This document shows, in pieces, positions 1 to 8,376 of a DNA stretch of 40,381 bases. Below the pieces are notes generated by a model. The model saw only the letters and a program-made list of their open reading frames with translations. It ran no database searches and was not told where the DNA came from. Positions within the stretch are counted from its first letter, which is position 1; the number at the start of each line of letters is the position of its first letter. Source of the stretch: Actinomycetes bacterium (GTDB taxonomy: Bacteria > Actinomycetota > Actinomycetes > Mycobacteriales > SCTD01); NCBI GenBank assembly GCA_046565705.1, contig JBKHYE010000022.1, positions 1-40,381 of the forward strand, written 5' to 3'. A program made the translations under genes and the position numbers.

Positions 1-124
1 ACCCCCGAACACCTGGCCTTCGTCGCTGCACAACTCAACGATCGCCCACGTGAGACCCTCGGCTGGAGAAGTCCGCGCCGAGCCCTCGATGAGCTGCTCG
101 TTGCAGCGACCGACTGAACCCGCC
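1..124 (+). mobile_element. 3' end of IS30-family insertion sequence (transposase C-terminus 1..117 plus right terminal inverted repeat)
   Basis: Frame 1 reads TPEHLAFVAAQLNDRPRETLGWRSPRRALDELLVAATD* (TGA 115-117), matching the IS30 transposase C-terminal LNxRPRxxLGWxxP motif. The end GTTGCAGCGACCGACTGAACCCGCC resembles actinobacterial IS30 termini. Confidence 0.8.
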
Positions 125-166
125 GCGCTCCGAAACCGTCGGGAGCCCTCCGGGCGGGGACGCCGG

Positions 167-1375
167 TCAGGCGGTGGCGGCGTCGCGCAGCGCCGCCATG
201 CCGTCGTGCACCTCGACGAACGACGTCGACAGCGGCGCCAGACCGACCCGCAGGTCGTCGGGCTCGCGGAAGTCGGGGATCACGCCCGCGTCCCACAGCC
301 GGCCGAGCACGTCGCGGAACCCGTTGCGGCGCAGCGTGACGTGCCCGCCGCGGCGCTCGGGGTCGCGCGGTGACATCAGCTCGACGCTGGGCAGCCAGGC
401 GTCCGCGAGCTCGAGCGCGTACGCCGTCAGCCGCCGCGACTTCGCCCGCACCGCCGGCATGCCGACCTGCTCGAGGACGTCGAGGTAGGCCCGCAGCGGC
501 ACCATCGCGAGGATCGGCGGCGTGCCGCTCAGCACGCTGCGGACGCCGTCGGCCGGCTCGTAGCCGGGCCCCATGACGAACGCGTCCCGCCGGCCCATCC
601 ACCCCCAGACCGGCTGCTGCAGCGCGTCCTGCAGGTCGCGGCGCACGTAGGCGAAGGCCGGCGCCCCGGGCCCGCCGTTGAGGTACTTGTAGGTGCAGCC
701 CACCGCGAGGTCGACGCCCCAGCCGTCGAGGTCGAGCTCGACCGATCCGGCCGAGTGCGACAGGTCCCAGAGCACGAGAGCGCCTGCGGCGGAGGCGGTT
801 TCGGTGATCGCTGCGGCGTCGGCGATCCACGCCGAGCGGTAGGCGACGTGGCTCATCAGCACCAGCGCGGTCTGCGGCCCGACCGCGTCGGCGACCTGCT
901 CTGCCGTGATCCCCGCGGCCGGGTCCGTCTCGACCCAGCGGAGGGTGAGCCCGCGCTCGGCGGCGATCCCCTCGACGACGTAGCGGTCGGTCGGGAAGTT
1001 GTCGGTGTCGACGACGACCTCGCTGCGGCCCGGTCGGGCGTCGACGGCCGCGCGGGCGAGCTTGTAGAGCAGCACGGTGGTGGAGTCCGCGACGACGACC
1101 TGGCCCGGGGCCGCGCCGAGCGCCACCCGGCCGAGCTTGTCGCCCACCACCTCCGGCCACTCGAGCCACTCGTCGGTCCACCCGCGGATGAGCCGCCCGG
1201 CCCACTGCTCGCGCACGAACGCGTCGAGCCGCTCGGCGGTCGCGTGCAGCGGCCGGCCCAGGCTGTTGCCGTCGAAGTACGCCCGCAGGTCGGTGCCGGG
1301 CAGGAACAGCTCGCGGTAGCGGGCCAGCGGGTCGACGGCGTCGAGCTCGCGGGCCCGGTCGAGCAGGTGGCTCAC
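167..1375 (-). CDS. kynU: kynureninase (PLP-dependent)
   Basis: Motifs YFDGNSLG, WDLSHSAG, GCTYKYLNGGPGAPAF and RGGHV; directly downstream of tryptophan 2,3-dioxygenase. Confidence 0.93.
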   Translation of the reverse strand: MSHLLDRARELDAVDPLARYRELFLPGTDLRAYFDGNSLGRPLHATAERLDAFVREQWAGRLIRGWTDEWLEWPEVVGDKLGRVALGAAPGQVVVADSTTVLLYKLARAAVDARPGRSEVVVDTDNFPTDRYVVEGIAAERGLTLRWVETDPAAGITAEQVADAVGPQTALVLMSHVAYRSAWIADAAAITETASAAGALVLWDLSHSAGSVELDLDGWGVDLAVGCTYKYLNGGPGAPAFAYVRRDLQDALQQPVWGWMGRRDAFVMGPGYEPADGVRSVLSGTPPILAMVPLRAYLDVLEQVGMPAVRAKSRRLTAYALELADAWLPSVELMSPRDPERRGGHVTLRRNGFRDVLGRLWDAGVIPDFREPDDLRVGLAPLSTSFVEVHDGMAALRDAATA

Positions 1376-1382
1376 CGCGCGC

Positions 1383-2228
1383 TCACTGGTCCTCGATCTC
1401 CGTGCGGACCGCGTACAGCTCCGGGAAGAAGGTCAGCTCCAATGCCTTGCGCAGGAACGCGACGCCGCTCGAGCCGCCGGTGCCGGGCTTGACGCCGATC
1501 GTCCGCTCGACGGTCTTGAGGTGGCGGAACCGCCAGAACTGGAAGTTGTCCTCGAGGTCGACGAGCTCCTCGCAGGCCTCGTAGGCCTCCCAGAACGTGC
1601 GCGGATCGGAGTAGATCCGGCGGTAGACCGGCACCAGGTCCGGCTGGAACTCCCACGCCCGCGTGACGTCGCGCTCGAGCACGGCGGTCGGCACCTCGTG
1701 GCCGGACCGCGCGAGGTGGCGAAGGAACGCGTCGTAGACCGTCGGCGACTCGTACAGGTCGGTGAGCAGCCCCAGCGCCTGCTGGTCGTCGGCGAAGACG
1801 TCGAGCATCGCGCGGTTCTTGTTGCCGAGCAGGAACTTCACCGCCCGGTACTGCCACGACTGGAATCCCGACGACGTGCCGAGGAAGCCGCGGAACTCCG
1901 CGTACTCCGACGGCGTCAGCGTGGCGAGCACCGACCACTGCTCGGTCAGGGTCTGCTGCACGTGCTTGACGCGGGCGATGCCCTTGAGCGCCGGGCGCAG
2001 CGCGTCGGCGTCGAGGTGGTCGCGGACGGCGCGCAGCTCGTGCAGCACCAGCTTCAGCCAGAGCTCGGAGGTCTGGTGCTGGACGATGAACAGCAGCTCG
2101 TCGTGGTGCACGGGCCGGCTCACCGGGTGCTGCGCGTTCAGCACGGCGTCGAGGTGCAGGTACTGCCCGTAGGACATCTCGACCCGACCCGGTCGGACGA
2201 TCCCCTCCTCCAGCGGCCGCTCGTTCAC
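1383..2228 (-). CDS. kynA: tryptophan 2,3-dioxygenase
   Basis: Motifs HDELLFIVQHQTSELWLK, SSGFQSWQYR and WRFRHLKTVERTIGVKPGTGGSSGV. Confidence 0.95.
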   Translation of the reverse strand: MNERPLEEGIVRPGRVEMSYGQYLHLDAVLNAQHPVSRPVHHDELLFIVQHQTSELWLKLVLHELRAVRDHLDADALRPALKGIARVKHVQQTLTEQWSVLATLTPSEYAEFRGFLGTSSGFQSWQYRAVKFLLGNKNRAMLDVFADDQQALGLLTDLYESPTVYDAFLRHLARSGHEVPTAVLERDVTRAWEFQPDLVPVYRRIYSDPRTFWEAYEACEELVDLEDNFQFWRFRHLKTVERTIGVKPGTGGSSGVAFLRKALELTFFPELYAVRTEIEDQ

Positions 2229-2416
2229 GACGCCTCCCCGTCCTCCACGCGCGCATCGTCCCGCGGCGGCGCCCCGTCCCGCGCGGCCCGCTCGCGTTCG
2301 CGCCGCCGGGCCCGCTTCTCGAGCAGCAGGAACCCGCTGAAGATCACGATCGGGAGTGCGATCGTCAGCGCCTCCGGCACACCGCCGTAGTGGGCCAGGA
2401 CGGGGGCGACGGGCAC
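2225..2416 (-). CDS. small single-pass membrane protein
   Basis: 63 aa with one hydrophobic stretch followed by a basic tail. Overlaps the kynA start (GTGA coupling); TAGCGT -10-like hexamer 6 nt upstream. Confidence 0.6.
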   Translation of the reverse strand: MPVAPVLAHYGGVPEALTIALPIVIFSGFLLLEKRARRRERERAARDGAPPRDDARVEDGEAS

Positions 2417-2435
2417 GCGTCCACGCTAGGCGGCG

Positions 2436-3245
2436 TCAGCCGGACGCGGGCGACGTCGGCCGGACCGTCGGCCGCAGCGTGGGCCGCAGCATCGGCGGGT
2501 GCAGGCTGCGCGCCGGTCCGCGCCGGAACAGCGCGGCCGGCCGGCCGCCGCCCGGGCCGACCGGCGCCGGCCGCCCGACCGGCACGAGGAAGCCGGGCGT
2601 CCCGGTCACCTTGCGGTGGAAGTTGCGCGGGTCGAGCGGCCCGCCCCACACGGCCTCGTAGACCTTGCGCAGGTCCGCGACGGTGAACTCGTCCGGGCAG
2701 AACGCCGCGGCCAGCGGGGTGTACTCGAGCTTCGCCCGGGCCCGCTCGAGCCCGGCGGCCAGCACGTCGTCGTGGTCGAACGCGAGTCCCGGCCGGACGT
2801 CGTCGACCGGCACCCACGCCACCGACCTCGTCCGCCGGCCCGGCACCGGCGCGGGCAGGTCGGGCGCGAAGACGAGGTAGGCCACCGACACCACGCGCAT
2901 CCGCGGGTCGCGGTCCGGTGCGCCGAACGCGCCGAGCTGCTCGACGTGCACGCCCGCCGTCTGCCGCCCGGGGCGGACGTTGAGCTCCTGCTCGAGCCGG
3001 CGGACGGCGGCGGCGTCGAGGTCCTCGTCGGCGTGCACGAAGCCGCCGGGCAGCGCGAGGTCGCCGCGGAACGGGTGGGTGTCGCGCTCGACGAGCAGCA
3101 CCGAGAACCGGCCGGCGCCGCCGTTGCCGGGGCGCACGGTCAGCAGCACGACGTCGACCGTGACGGCGAACGGCGGGAACGCCGTCGGGTCGTAGGTGCG
3201 CAGCCACGCCCGCTCGTCGGCAGGCACCTGGCGTCGTCGCGTCAT
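2436..3245 (-). CDS. NrtR-family Nudix-related transcriptional regulator
   Basis: Nudix fold (VTVDVVLL, ALPGGFV, degenerate box RRLEQE), EQLGAFGAPDRDPRMRVVSVAY, LAFDH and C-terminal wHTH (FTVADLRKVYEAV..LDPRNFHRK..GGRPAALF). Start set at ATG 3245. Confidence 0.85.
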   Translation of the reverse strand: MTRRRQVPADERAWLRTYDPTAFPPFAVTVDVVLLTVRPGNGGAGRFSVLLVERDTHPFRGDLALPGGFVHADEDLDAAAVRRLEQELNVRPGRQTAGVHVEQLGAFGAPDRDPRMRVVSVAYLVFAPDLPAPVPGRRTRSVAWVPVDDVRPGLAFDHDDVLAAGLERARAKLEYTPLAAAFCPDEFTVADLRKVYEAVWGGPLDPRNFHRKVTGTPGFLVPVGRPAPVGPGGGRPAALFRRGPARSLHPPMLRPTLRPTVRPTSPASG

Positions 3246-3297
3246 CTCCGGCCCGACGCTACGGCCTGGTCCTCCGGACGTCTGACACCCTGACGAC

Positions 3298-4158
3298 GTG
3301 CCGGAGCTGCCGGAGGTCGAGGCGCTCGCCGCGTTCCTGCGCGAGCGCGCCGTCGGCCGCGTCGTCGCGCGCGTCGACGTGCCGGGCGTCCACGTGCTCA
3401 AGACCTACGACCCGCCGCCGACGGCGCTCGCCGGCCTCGAGCTGACCGGCGCGACGCGGCACGGCAAGTTCCTCGACCTCGACGTCTCCGGGCTGCACCT
3501 GGTCGTGCACCTCGCGCGCGCCGGCTGGCTGCACTGGCGCGAGTCCCTGCCGACCGGGATGCCGAAGGTGGGCAAGGGCCCGCTCGCGATGCGGGTGCAC
3601 CTCGATGACGGCTCCGGCTTCGACCTCACCGAGCAGGGGACGAAGAAGGGGCTGTCCGTCTACCTCGTGAAGGATCCGGCCGAGGTGCCCGGCGTCGCGC
3701 GGCTCGGCATCGACGTGCTCGACCCGGCGTTCACGGTTGACGTGCTCGCCCGGCTGCTCGAGGGCCAGCGCGCCCAGGTGAAGGGCCTGCTCACCGACCA
3801 GAGCGTGCTGGCCGGCGTCGGCAACGCCTACAGCGACGAGGTGCTGTGGGAGGTCGGCATGTCGCCGTTCAAGCCGGCTGCGTCCCTCACCGCGGACGAC
3901 GTCGCGCGGCTGCACGCCGCCCTCGTCGGCACGATCCGCGACGCCGTGCGCCGCGCCGAGGGGCTGGCCGCCGGCACGCTCAAGGCGGAGAAGAAGGCGG
4001 GCCTGTCCGTGCACGGCCGCACCGGCCTGCCGTGCCCGCGCTGCGGCGACACGGTCCGCGAGGTCTCGTTCGCCACGAAGTCGCTGCAGTACTGCCCGAC
4101 CTGCCAGACCGGCGGCAAGCCCCTCGCGGACCGCCGCCTGTCCCGCCTGCTCAAGTAG
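3298..4158 (+). CDS. Fpg/Nei family DNA glycosylase
   Basis: N-terminal PELPEV, H2TH motif (LTDQSVLAGVGNAYSDEVL) and zinc finger CPRC...CPTCQ. Confidence 0.93.
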   Translation: MPELPEVEALAAFLRERAVGRVVARVDVPGVHVLKTYDPPPTALAGLELTGATRHGKFLDLDVSGLHLVVHLARAGWLHWRESLPTGMPKVGKGPLAMRVHLDDGSGFDLTEQGTKKGLSVYLVKDPAEVPGVARLGIDVLDPAFTVDVLARLLEGQRAQVKGLLTDQSVLAGVGNAYSDEVLWEVGMSPFKPAASLTADDVARLHAALVGTIRDAVRRAEGLAAGTLKAEKKAGLSVHGRTGLPCPRCGDTVREVSFATKSLQYCPTCQTGGKPLADRRLSRLLK

Positions 4159-4166
4159 CCAGCCCG

Positions 4167-4208
4167 CCGCCGCACCCGCCGCACCCGCCGCACCCGCCGC
4201 GGCACCCG
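4167..4208. repeat. 9-bp tandem repeat (CCGCCGCAC x3 plus a degenerate copy) between convergent genes
   Basis: Read directly from the sequence. Confidence 0.8.
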
Positions 4209-4227
4209 GCCGCGTCGCCGGGCCGCG

Positions 4228-4950
4228 TCACCCTGCCGCGTCGCGCTCGGCCCGCCAGGCGCGCCACTGCTCGAGGACCTGTGCCCGGACGCCCTCGACA
4301 CCGTCGAGGGCGTTCGGCGCGACGACGCGCAGCGGGCGGCCCTCCGTCGGCACCCGCACCTCGGGCGGCCAGGTCGCGGCCTGGTCGCGCACCTCGGTGA
4401 CGAAGGTGCCGACGAACTGGTGGAACCAGCGCGCCACCGGGTTCTCCTCGAACACCTGCGGAGTGACGCGCATCGAGCCGAACCCGCCCTCGACCTGCCG
4501 CCACGGCGGGAGCGTGGCCGAGAAGGCCGTCGCCAGCGCCGGCACCTCGTCGGGTGTCAGCAGGAGCAGGCCGTCCGCCGCCGGTTCTGCCGGGATGCCG
4601 AGGATCTCGGCTCCCCAGGCGCCGCCGACGAGCACGTCGGCACCCGCGTCCAGGATCCGGAGCAGGAAGGACGGCCGCATGAACTCCGTCCCGCCCGCAC
4701 GCTTGTCCCACGGCAGCGCTGCACGCCGGGCGAACTCCGCCTGCAGGTCGTGGTGCCGCTGGACGAGCCGGACCTCGAGATCACGCCCGCACACGGCGAG
4801 GAGCCGGTCGAGCAGCGCCGTCGACGGCAGCTGGGCCCCGGACTCATAGCGGCTGATCGTCGACGCCGTCACCCCCGCCCGCTCGGCCAGCTCCCGCTGG
4901 CTGAGCCCCGCTTCATCCCGCGCCCGTCGCAGCGCCGCACCCAGGTCCAT
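4228..4950 (-). CDS. Xre-family HTH protein with C-terminal nucleotidyltransferase-like domain
   Basis: LRRARDEAGLSQRELAERAGVTASTISRYESG is an Xre HTH. The C-terminal DVLVGGAWGAEILG resembles the GG motif of minimal nucleotidyltransferase folds (weak). Start set at ATG 4950. Confidence 0.75.
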   Translation of the reverse strand: MDLGAALRRARDEAGLSQRELAERAGVTASTISRYESGAQLPSTALLDRLLAVCGRDLEVRLVQRHHDLQAEFARRAALPWDKRAGGTEFMRPSFLLRILDAGADVLVGGAWGAEILGIPAEPAADGLLLLTPDEVPALATAFSATLPPWRQVEGGFGSMRVTPQVFEENPVARWFHQFVGTFVTEVRDQAATWPPEVRVPTEGRPLRVVAPNALDGVEGVRAQVLEQWRAWRAERDAAG

Positions 4951-5078
4951 GCCCCGACGCTCCTGTGCTGCGCGCTCCCACGCAGCACGGTCCGGAGGAG
5001 TTGTGGAGAGCCGCGGTGTATGTGGACCGACCCGTGTCCCCGTCCACGGCCCGCGCGACGGAGCTCCTTCTCCCGGCG

Positions 5079-5132
5079 GGCGTTGCGCTGGGGCGCATGT
5101 CTCGCCCGTTCTTGCGCCTGTGCGCAACACCT
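5079..5132 (+). repeat. palindromic REP-like element, copy 1
   Basis: GGCGTTGCGCTGGGGCGCATGTCTCGCCCGTTCTTGCGCCTGTGCGCAACACCT; terminal arms GTTGCGC/GCGCAAC. Confidence 0.85.
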
Positions 5133-5262
5133 CCCGGAGACCGGTGGCGACGTTCGGGCCGGCGGTCGGTGGCCGGGCCGGTGCTCGGCTGACGTCGTGC
5201 GGTGGCCGGACCGGCGGTCGGCTGACGTCGTGCGGCGGCAGGGAGCAGGGGCTTTCGCGGCG

Positions 5263-5316
5263 GGTGTTGCGCTGGGGCGCATGTCCGCTCGCTTCTTGCG
5301 GCTGTGCGCAACACCT
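5263..5316 (+). repeat. palindromic REP-like element, copy 2
   Basis: GGTGTTGCGCTGGGGCGCATGTCCGCTCGCTTCTTGCGGCTGTGCGCAACACCT; 10-bp perfect arms GGTGTTGCGC/GCGCAACACC. Confidence 0.85.
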
Positions 5317-5464
5317 TCGTGGAGACATGGCCGCTTTCGTGAAGACTCCGCCGCTCCGCCGCTCCGTCGCTCCGCCGCCCGACTACCCCGGCGCCGCCCC
5401 CCGACCCGACGCCCGGTCGACGCCGCCCGGCGGCCGCCACCTCCGTCGCGGGGGCGAGCCGACG

Positions 5465-6922
5465 TCAGTCGCGGCGGGCGGGGCGGTCGCCGACGCCGCC
5501 GACCTCGCCGAACAAGCGCGCGGCGGCGATGCGGGTCGACAGCGACCACGTGGGATAGGGGTGCACCGTCTGGGCGAGTCGGCCGACGAGGGTGCCGGCG
5601 CGCATCGACAGCGCGGCCTCGGCCAGCAGCTCGCCCGCGACCGGGCCGACCGCCGTCATGCCGACGAGGCGGCCCAGCAGCATGCCGCCGACCCGGCCGG
5701 GCGCGGCGACGAGCTTGACGAAGCCGTCGGTCTCGCCGGCGGTGCGCGCGCGATCGGCGTCGGCGTCCCGGACGACGGCGACGCGGACGCCGGCGCCGTG
5801 CTGGTCGAGCGCCTGCGCCTCCGTCAGACCGACCTGCGCGACCTCCGGCTCGGTGAAGGTGACCCACGGGACGACGCGGTCGTCCCACGTCCCGCGGCGC
5901 CAGAACCGCTTGCCTGCCAGTGCGTTCCGGGCCGCGAGCCGGCCCTGCTCGTCGCCGACGTGGGTGAACAGCAGCTTCGACGCGCAGTCGCCGGCGGCCC
6001 ACACGGTCGGGGCGGCCCGCAGGTGCCCGTCGGTGACGACCCGGCCCTTCTCGTCGGTGCGCGCGCCGGTGCGCTCGAGGCCGAAGCCGGTGGTCGACGG
6101 CGTGCGGCCGACGGCGACCAGCAGGTGCGAGCCGCGCACGGACGTGCCGTCGGACAGGTGCAGCACCGGGCCCGGCTCGACCGCCGTCGCCCGCGCACCC
6201 GTCCGGACCCGCACGCCCTCGCGCTCGAGCACCGCGGTCAGCGCGCGCGAGGCCTCGGGGTCGTCGCGCGGGAGGAGCCGGTCGTTGCTCTGGACGACGG
6301 TCACCTCCGACCCCAGCCGGCGGAAGCCCTGGGCCAGCTCGACGCCGATCGGCCCGCCGCCGAGCACGAGCAGGTGCGACGGCTGGTCACGGAGGTCGAA
6401 GACGGTGCGGTTGTCCAGGTACGGCACGGCGTCCAGGCCCTCGACCGGCGGCACGGTGGCGCGCGAGCCGGTCGCGACGACGAAGCGCTCGCTGCGCACG
6501 GTGCGCGTCGTCCCGTCGTCGCCGCGGACCGCGAGCGAGTCGGTGCCCGTGAACGACCCCCACCCCGCGAGCAGGTCGATGCCCTCGCCGGCGAGCGTCT
6601 CGGCGGACTCGTCGCGCTCGATCTCCGTGATGACCGACGCGACCCGCTCCATGACGGCGCGGAAGTCGACGTCGACCTGTGCCGTGAAGCCGTAGCGCGG
6701 GCCCGACCGCGCGGCGGCGACCCGGCGTGCCGTCTCCAGCAGCGCCTTGCTCGGGACGCAGCCGTAGTGGGTGCAGTCCCCGCCGGGGCGCTCGGCCTCG
6801 ACGAGCACGACCCGCGCGCCGCCGGCGCGCGCGGCGCGGGCGGCCCCGAGCCCGGTCGCGCCGGCGCCGACGACGACGACGTCGGCGATCACGTCGCCCG
6901 TGCTGTCAGCGGCCCCTGTCAC
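5465..6922 (-). CDS. pyridine nucleotide-disulfide oxidoreductase (dihydrolipoamide dehydrogenase/MerA-like)
   Basis: GAGATG FAD motif, redox pair GGDCTHYGCVPSK, GGGPIGVELAQ, VTFTEPEVA and C-terminal HPYPT. No MerA-type C-terminal CC pair. Confidence 0.88.
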   Translation of the reverse strand: MTGAADSTGDVIADVVVVGAGATGLGAARAARAGGARVVLVEAERPGGDCTHYGCVPSKALLETARRVAAARSGPRYGFTAQVDVDFRAVMERVASVITEIERDESAETLAGEGIDLLAGWGSFTGTDSLAVRGDDGTTRTVRSERFVVATGSRATVPPVEGLDAVPYLDNRTVFDLRDQPSHLLVLGGGPIGVELAQGFRRLGSEVTVVQSNDRLLPRDDPEASRALTAVLEREGVRVRTGARATAVEPGPVLHLSDGTSVRGSHLLVAVGRTPSTTGFGLERTGARTDEKGRVVTDGHLRAAPTVWAAGDCASKLLFTHVGDEQGRLAARNALAGKRFWRRGTWDDRVVPWVTFTEPEVAQVGLTEAQALDQHGAGVRVAVVRDADADRARTAGETDGFVKLVAAPGRVGGMLLGRLVGMTAVGPVAGELLAEAALSMRAGTLVGRLAQTVHPYPTWSLSTRIAAARLFGEVGGVGDRPARRD

Positions 6923-6966
6923 CGCCGCAGTCTGGCGCAGCGCCGTTCGCCGGGCACGATGAGCGG

Positions 6967-8376
6967 GTGCCGCCCTCGCTGACCGACGCCCTGGCGAGGC
7001 ACTGCCGGCTCTCGCCCGACGCCGCGCCCTACGAGGTCGACTGGACCGGCCGGGTACGCGGCCGGGCGCTGGCGGTGGCGCTGCCGCGGGACGTCGACGA
7101 GGTGGTGGCCGTGCTGCGGACCTGCGTCGAGCACGGCGTCGGCGTCACCGTGCGCGGCGGCGGGACCGGGCTGGTCGCCGGTGCGGTCCCGGACGACACC
7201 GTGGTGCTGTGCACCACCGGTCTGACGGCGCTCGGCCCGGTCGAGGACGGCACCCTGCTGGCCGGCGCCGGCGTGCCGCTCGCGCTGCTGCAGGCGCACG
7301 TCCGCGCCGCCGGCTGGGACTACGGCGTCGACATGGCCAGCCGCGACAGCGCCACGGTCGGCGGCACGGTGGCGACCAACGCCGGCGGGCTGCACGTCGT
7401 CGCGCACGGGACGACGCGGGCGCAGGTCCTCGGCGTCGAGGCGGTGATGGCCGACGGCTCGGTGGTCAGCCGGACCGGCGGGCTGGTGAAGGACGCGACC
7501 GGCTACGACCTGGGTCAGCTGCTCGTCGGCAGCGAGGGGACGCTCGCCGTCATCACCGCGGTCCGCGTGCGGCTCGTCGCGCCGCCACGCACCCGTGAGA
7601 CCGCGCTGGTCGGGCTGCCCGGCGTCGGGTCGGCCGTCGCGCTGGTCGGTGCGGCGCGACGGCAGGCCGAGGGCCTGCGAGCGGCCGAGCTGCTGCTCGA
7701 CGAGGGGCTGGCGCTGGTCCGCACCGAGCTCGGGCTGCCCGCGCCGCTCTCGCGACCGGCGCCGGTCCTGCTGCTACTCGAGGCGGAGGGCGGGCTCGCC
7801 GACGTGCTGGCCGGCGCGCCGGTGCTGGACGCCGCCGTCGCCGTCGACGCCGCGGACGCCGCCCGGCTGTGGGCCTACCGCGAGGGCCTGCCGGAGGCGC
7901 TCGCCCGGCTGGGCACGCGGCTCGGCCCCCCGCACAAGCTGGACGTCTCGCTGCCGGTCGGGCGGCTCGCCGCCTTCCTCGCCGACCTGCCGGCCGCCGT
8001 GTCCGCCGACGGGTCCAGCTGCACGACGCACGTGTTCGGCCACGTCGGCGACGGCAACCTGCACGTGAACGTCCTCTGTCCGTGGTCCGGGCGCGACGAC
8101 ACAGACGACGCCGTCGACGACGCCGTCCTGCGGCTGGCCGCCGCGCACGGCGGCAGCATCGGCGCGGAGCACGGTGTCGGGCGGCTCAAGCGGCGGTGGC
8201 TGCACCTGTCCCGGACGCCGGCCGAGCTGGCCGCGATGCGCGCGGTGAAGACCGCGCTCGACCCGACGGGGCTGCTCGGCCGTGGCGTGCTGCTGCCGGA
8301 GGTGCCGGGTGAGGCAGCACCGAGTGGGGCAGCACCGGGTGGGGCAGCACCGGGTGGGGCACACTCGAACAGGTGA
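6967..8376 (+). CDS. FAD-linked oxidase (GlcD/D-lactate dehydrogenase family)
   Basis: RGGGTGLVAGA, TVGGTVATNAGG, KDATGYDLGQLLVGSEGTLAVIT, FGHVGDGNLHVN and SIGAEHGVG. Start set at GTG 6967. Confidence 0.9.
   Translation: MPPSLTDALARHCRLSPDAAPYEVDWTGRVRGRALAVALPRDVDEVVAVLRTCVEHGVGVTVRGGGTGLVAGAVPDDTVVLCTTGLTALGPVEDGTLLAGAGVPLALLQAHVRAAGWDYGVDMASRDSATVGGTVATNAGGLHVVAHGTTRAQVLGVEAVMADGSVVSRTGGLVKDATGYDLGQLLVGSEGTLAVITAVRVRLVAPPRTRETALVGLPGVGSAVALVGAARRQAEGLRAAELLLDEGLALVRTELGLPAPLSRPAPVLLLLEAEGGLADVLAGAPVLDAAVAVDAADAARLWAYREGLPEALARLGTRLGPPHKLDVSLPVGRLAAFLADLPAAVSADGSSCTTHVFGHVGDGNLHVNVLCPWSGRDDTDDAVDDAVLRLAAAHGGSIGAEHGVGRLKRRWLHLSRTPAELAAMRAVKTALDPTGLLGRGVLLPEVPGEAAPSGAAPGGAAPGGAHSNR
8305..8362 (+). 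repeat. 15-bp tandem repeat in the 3' tail of the FAD oxidase (encodes GAAPG-like units)
   Basis: CCGGGTGGGGCAGCA-like unit, about 3.5 copies. Confidence 0.8.

Noticed and set aside
5001-5030. DnaA-box-like TGTGGA motifs suggesting an origin
   Set aside because: Only two imperfect boxes; no AT-rich unwinding element or dnaA context.
5079-5316. Possible CRISPR array or integron attC sites
   Set aside because: Only two adjacent, non-identical repeats about 130 bp apart; no cas genes or integrase, and no cassette-style arrangement.
5465-6922. Mercuric reductase merA
   Set aside because: Lacks the C-terminal Cys-Cys pair and N-terminal metal-binding domain; no mer genes nearby.
4869-6982. Long Arg/Pro/Gly-rich ORFs here and throughout the window (e.g. 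677, 636, 729, 587 aa)
   Set aside because: Antisense or off-frame shadows of real genes in high-GC DNA; no recognisable motifs.
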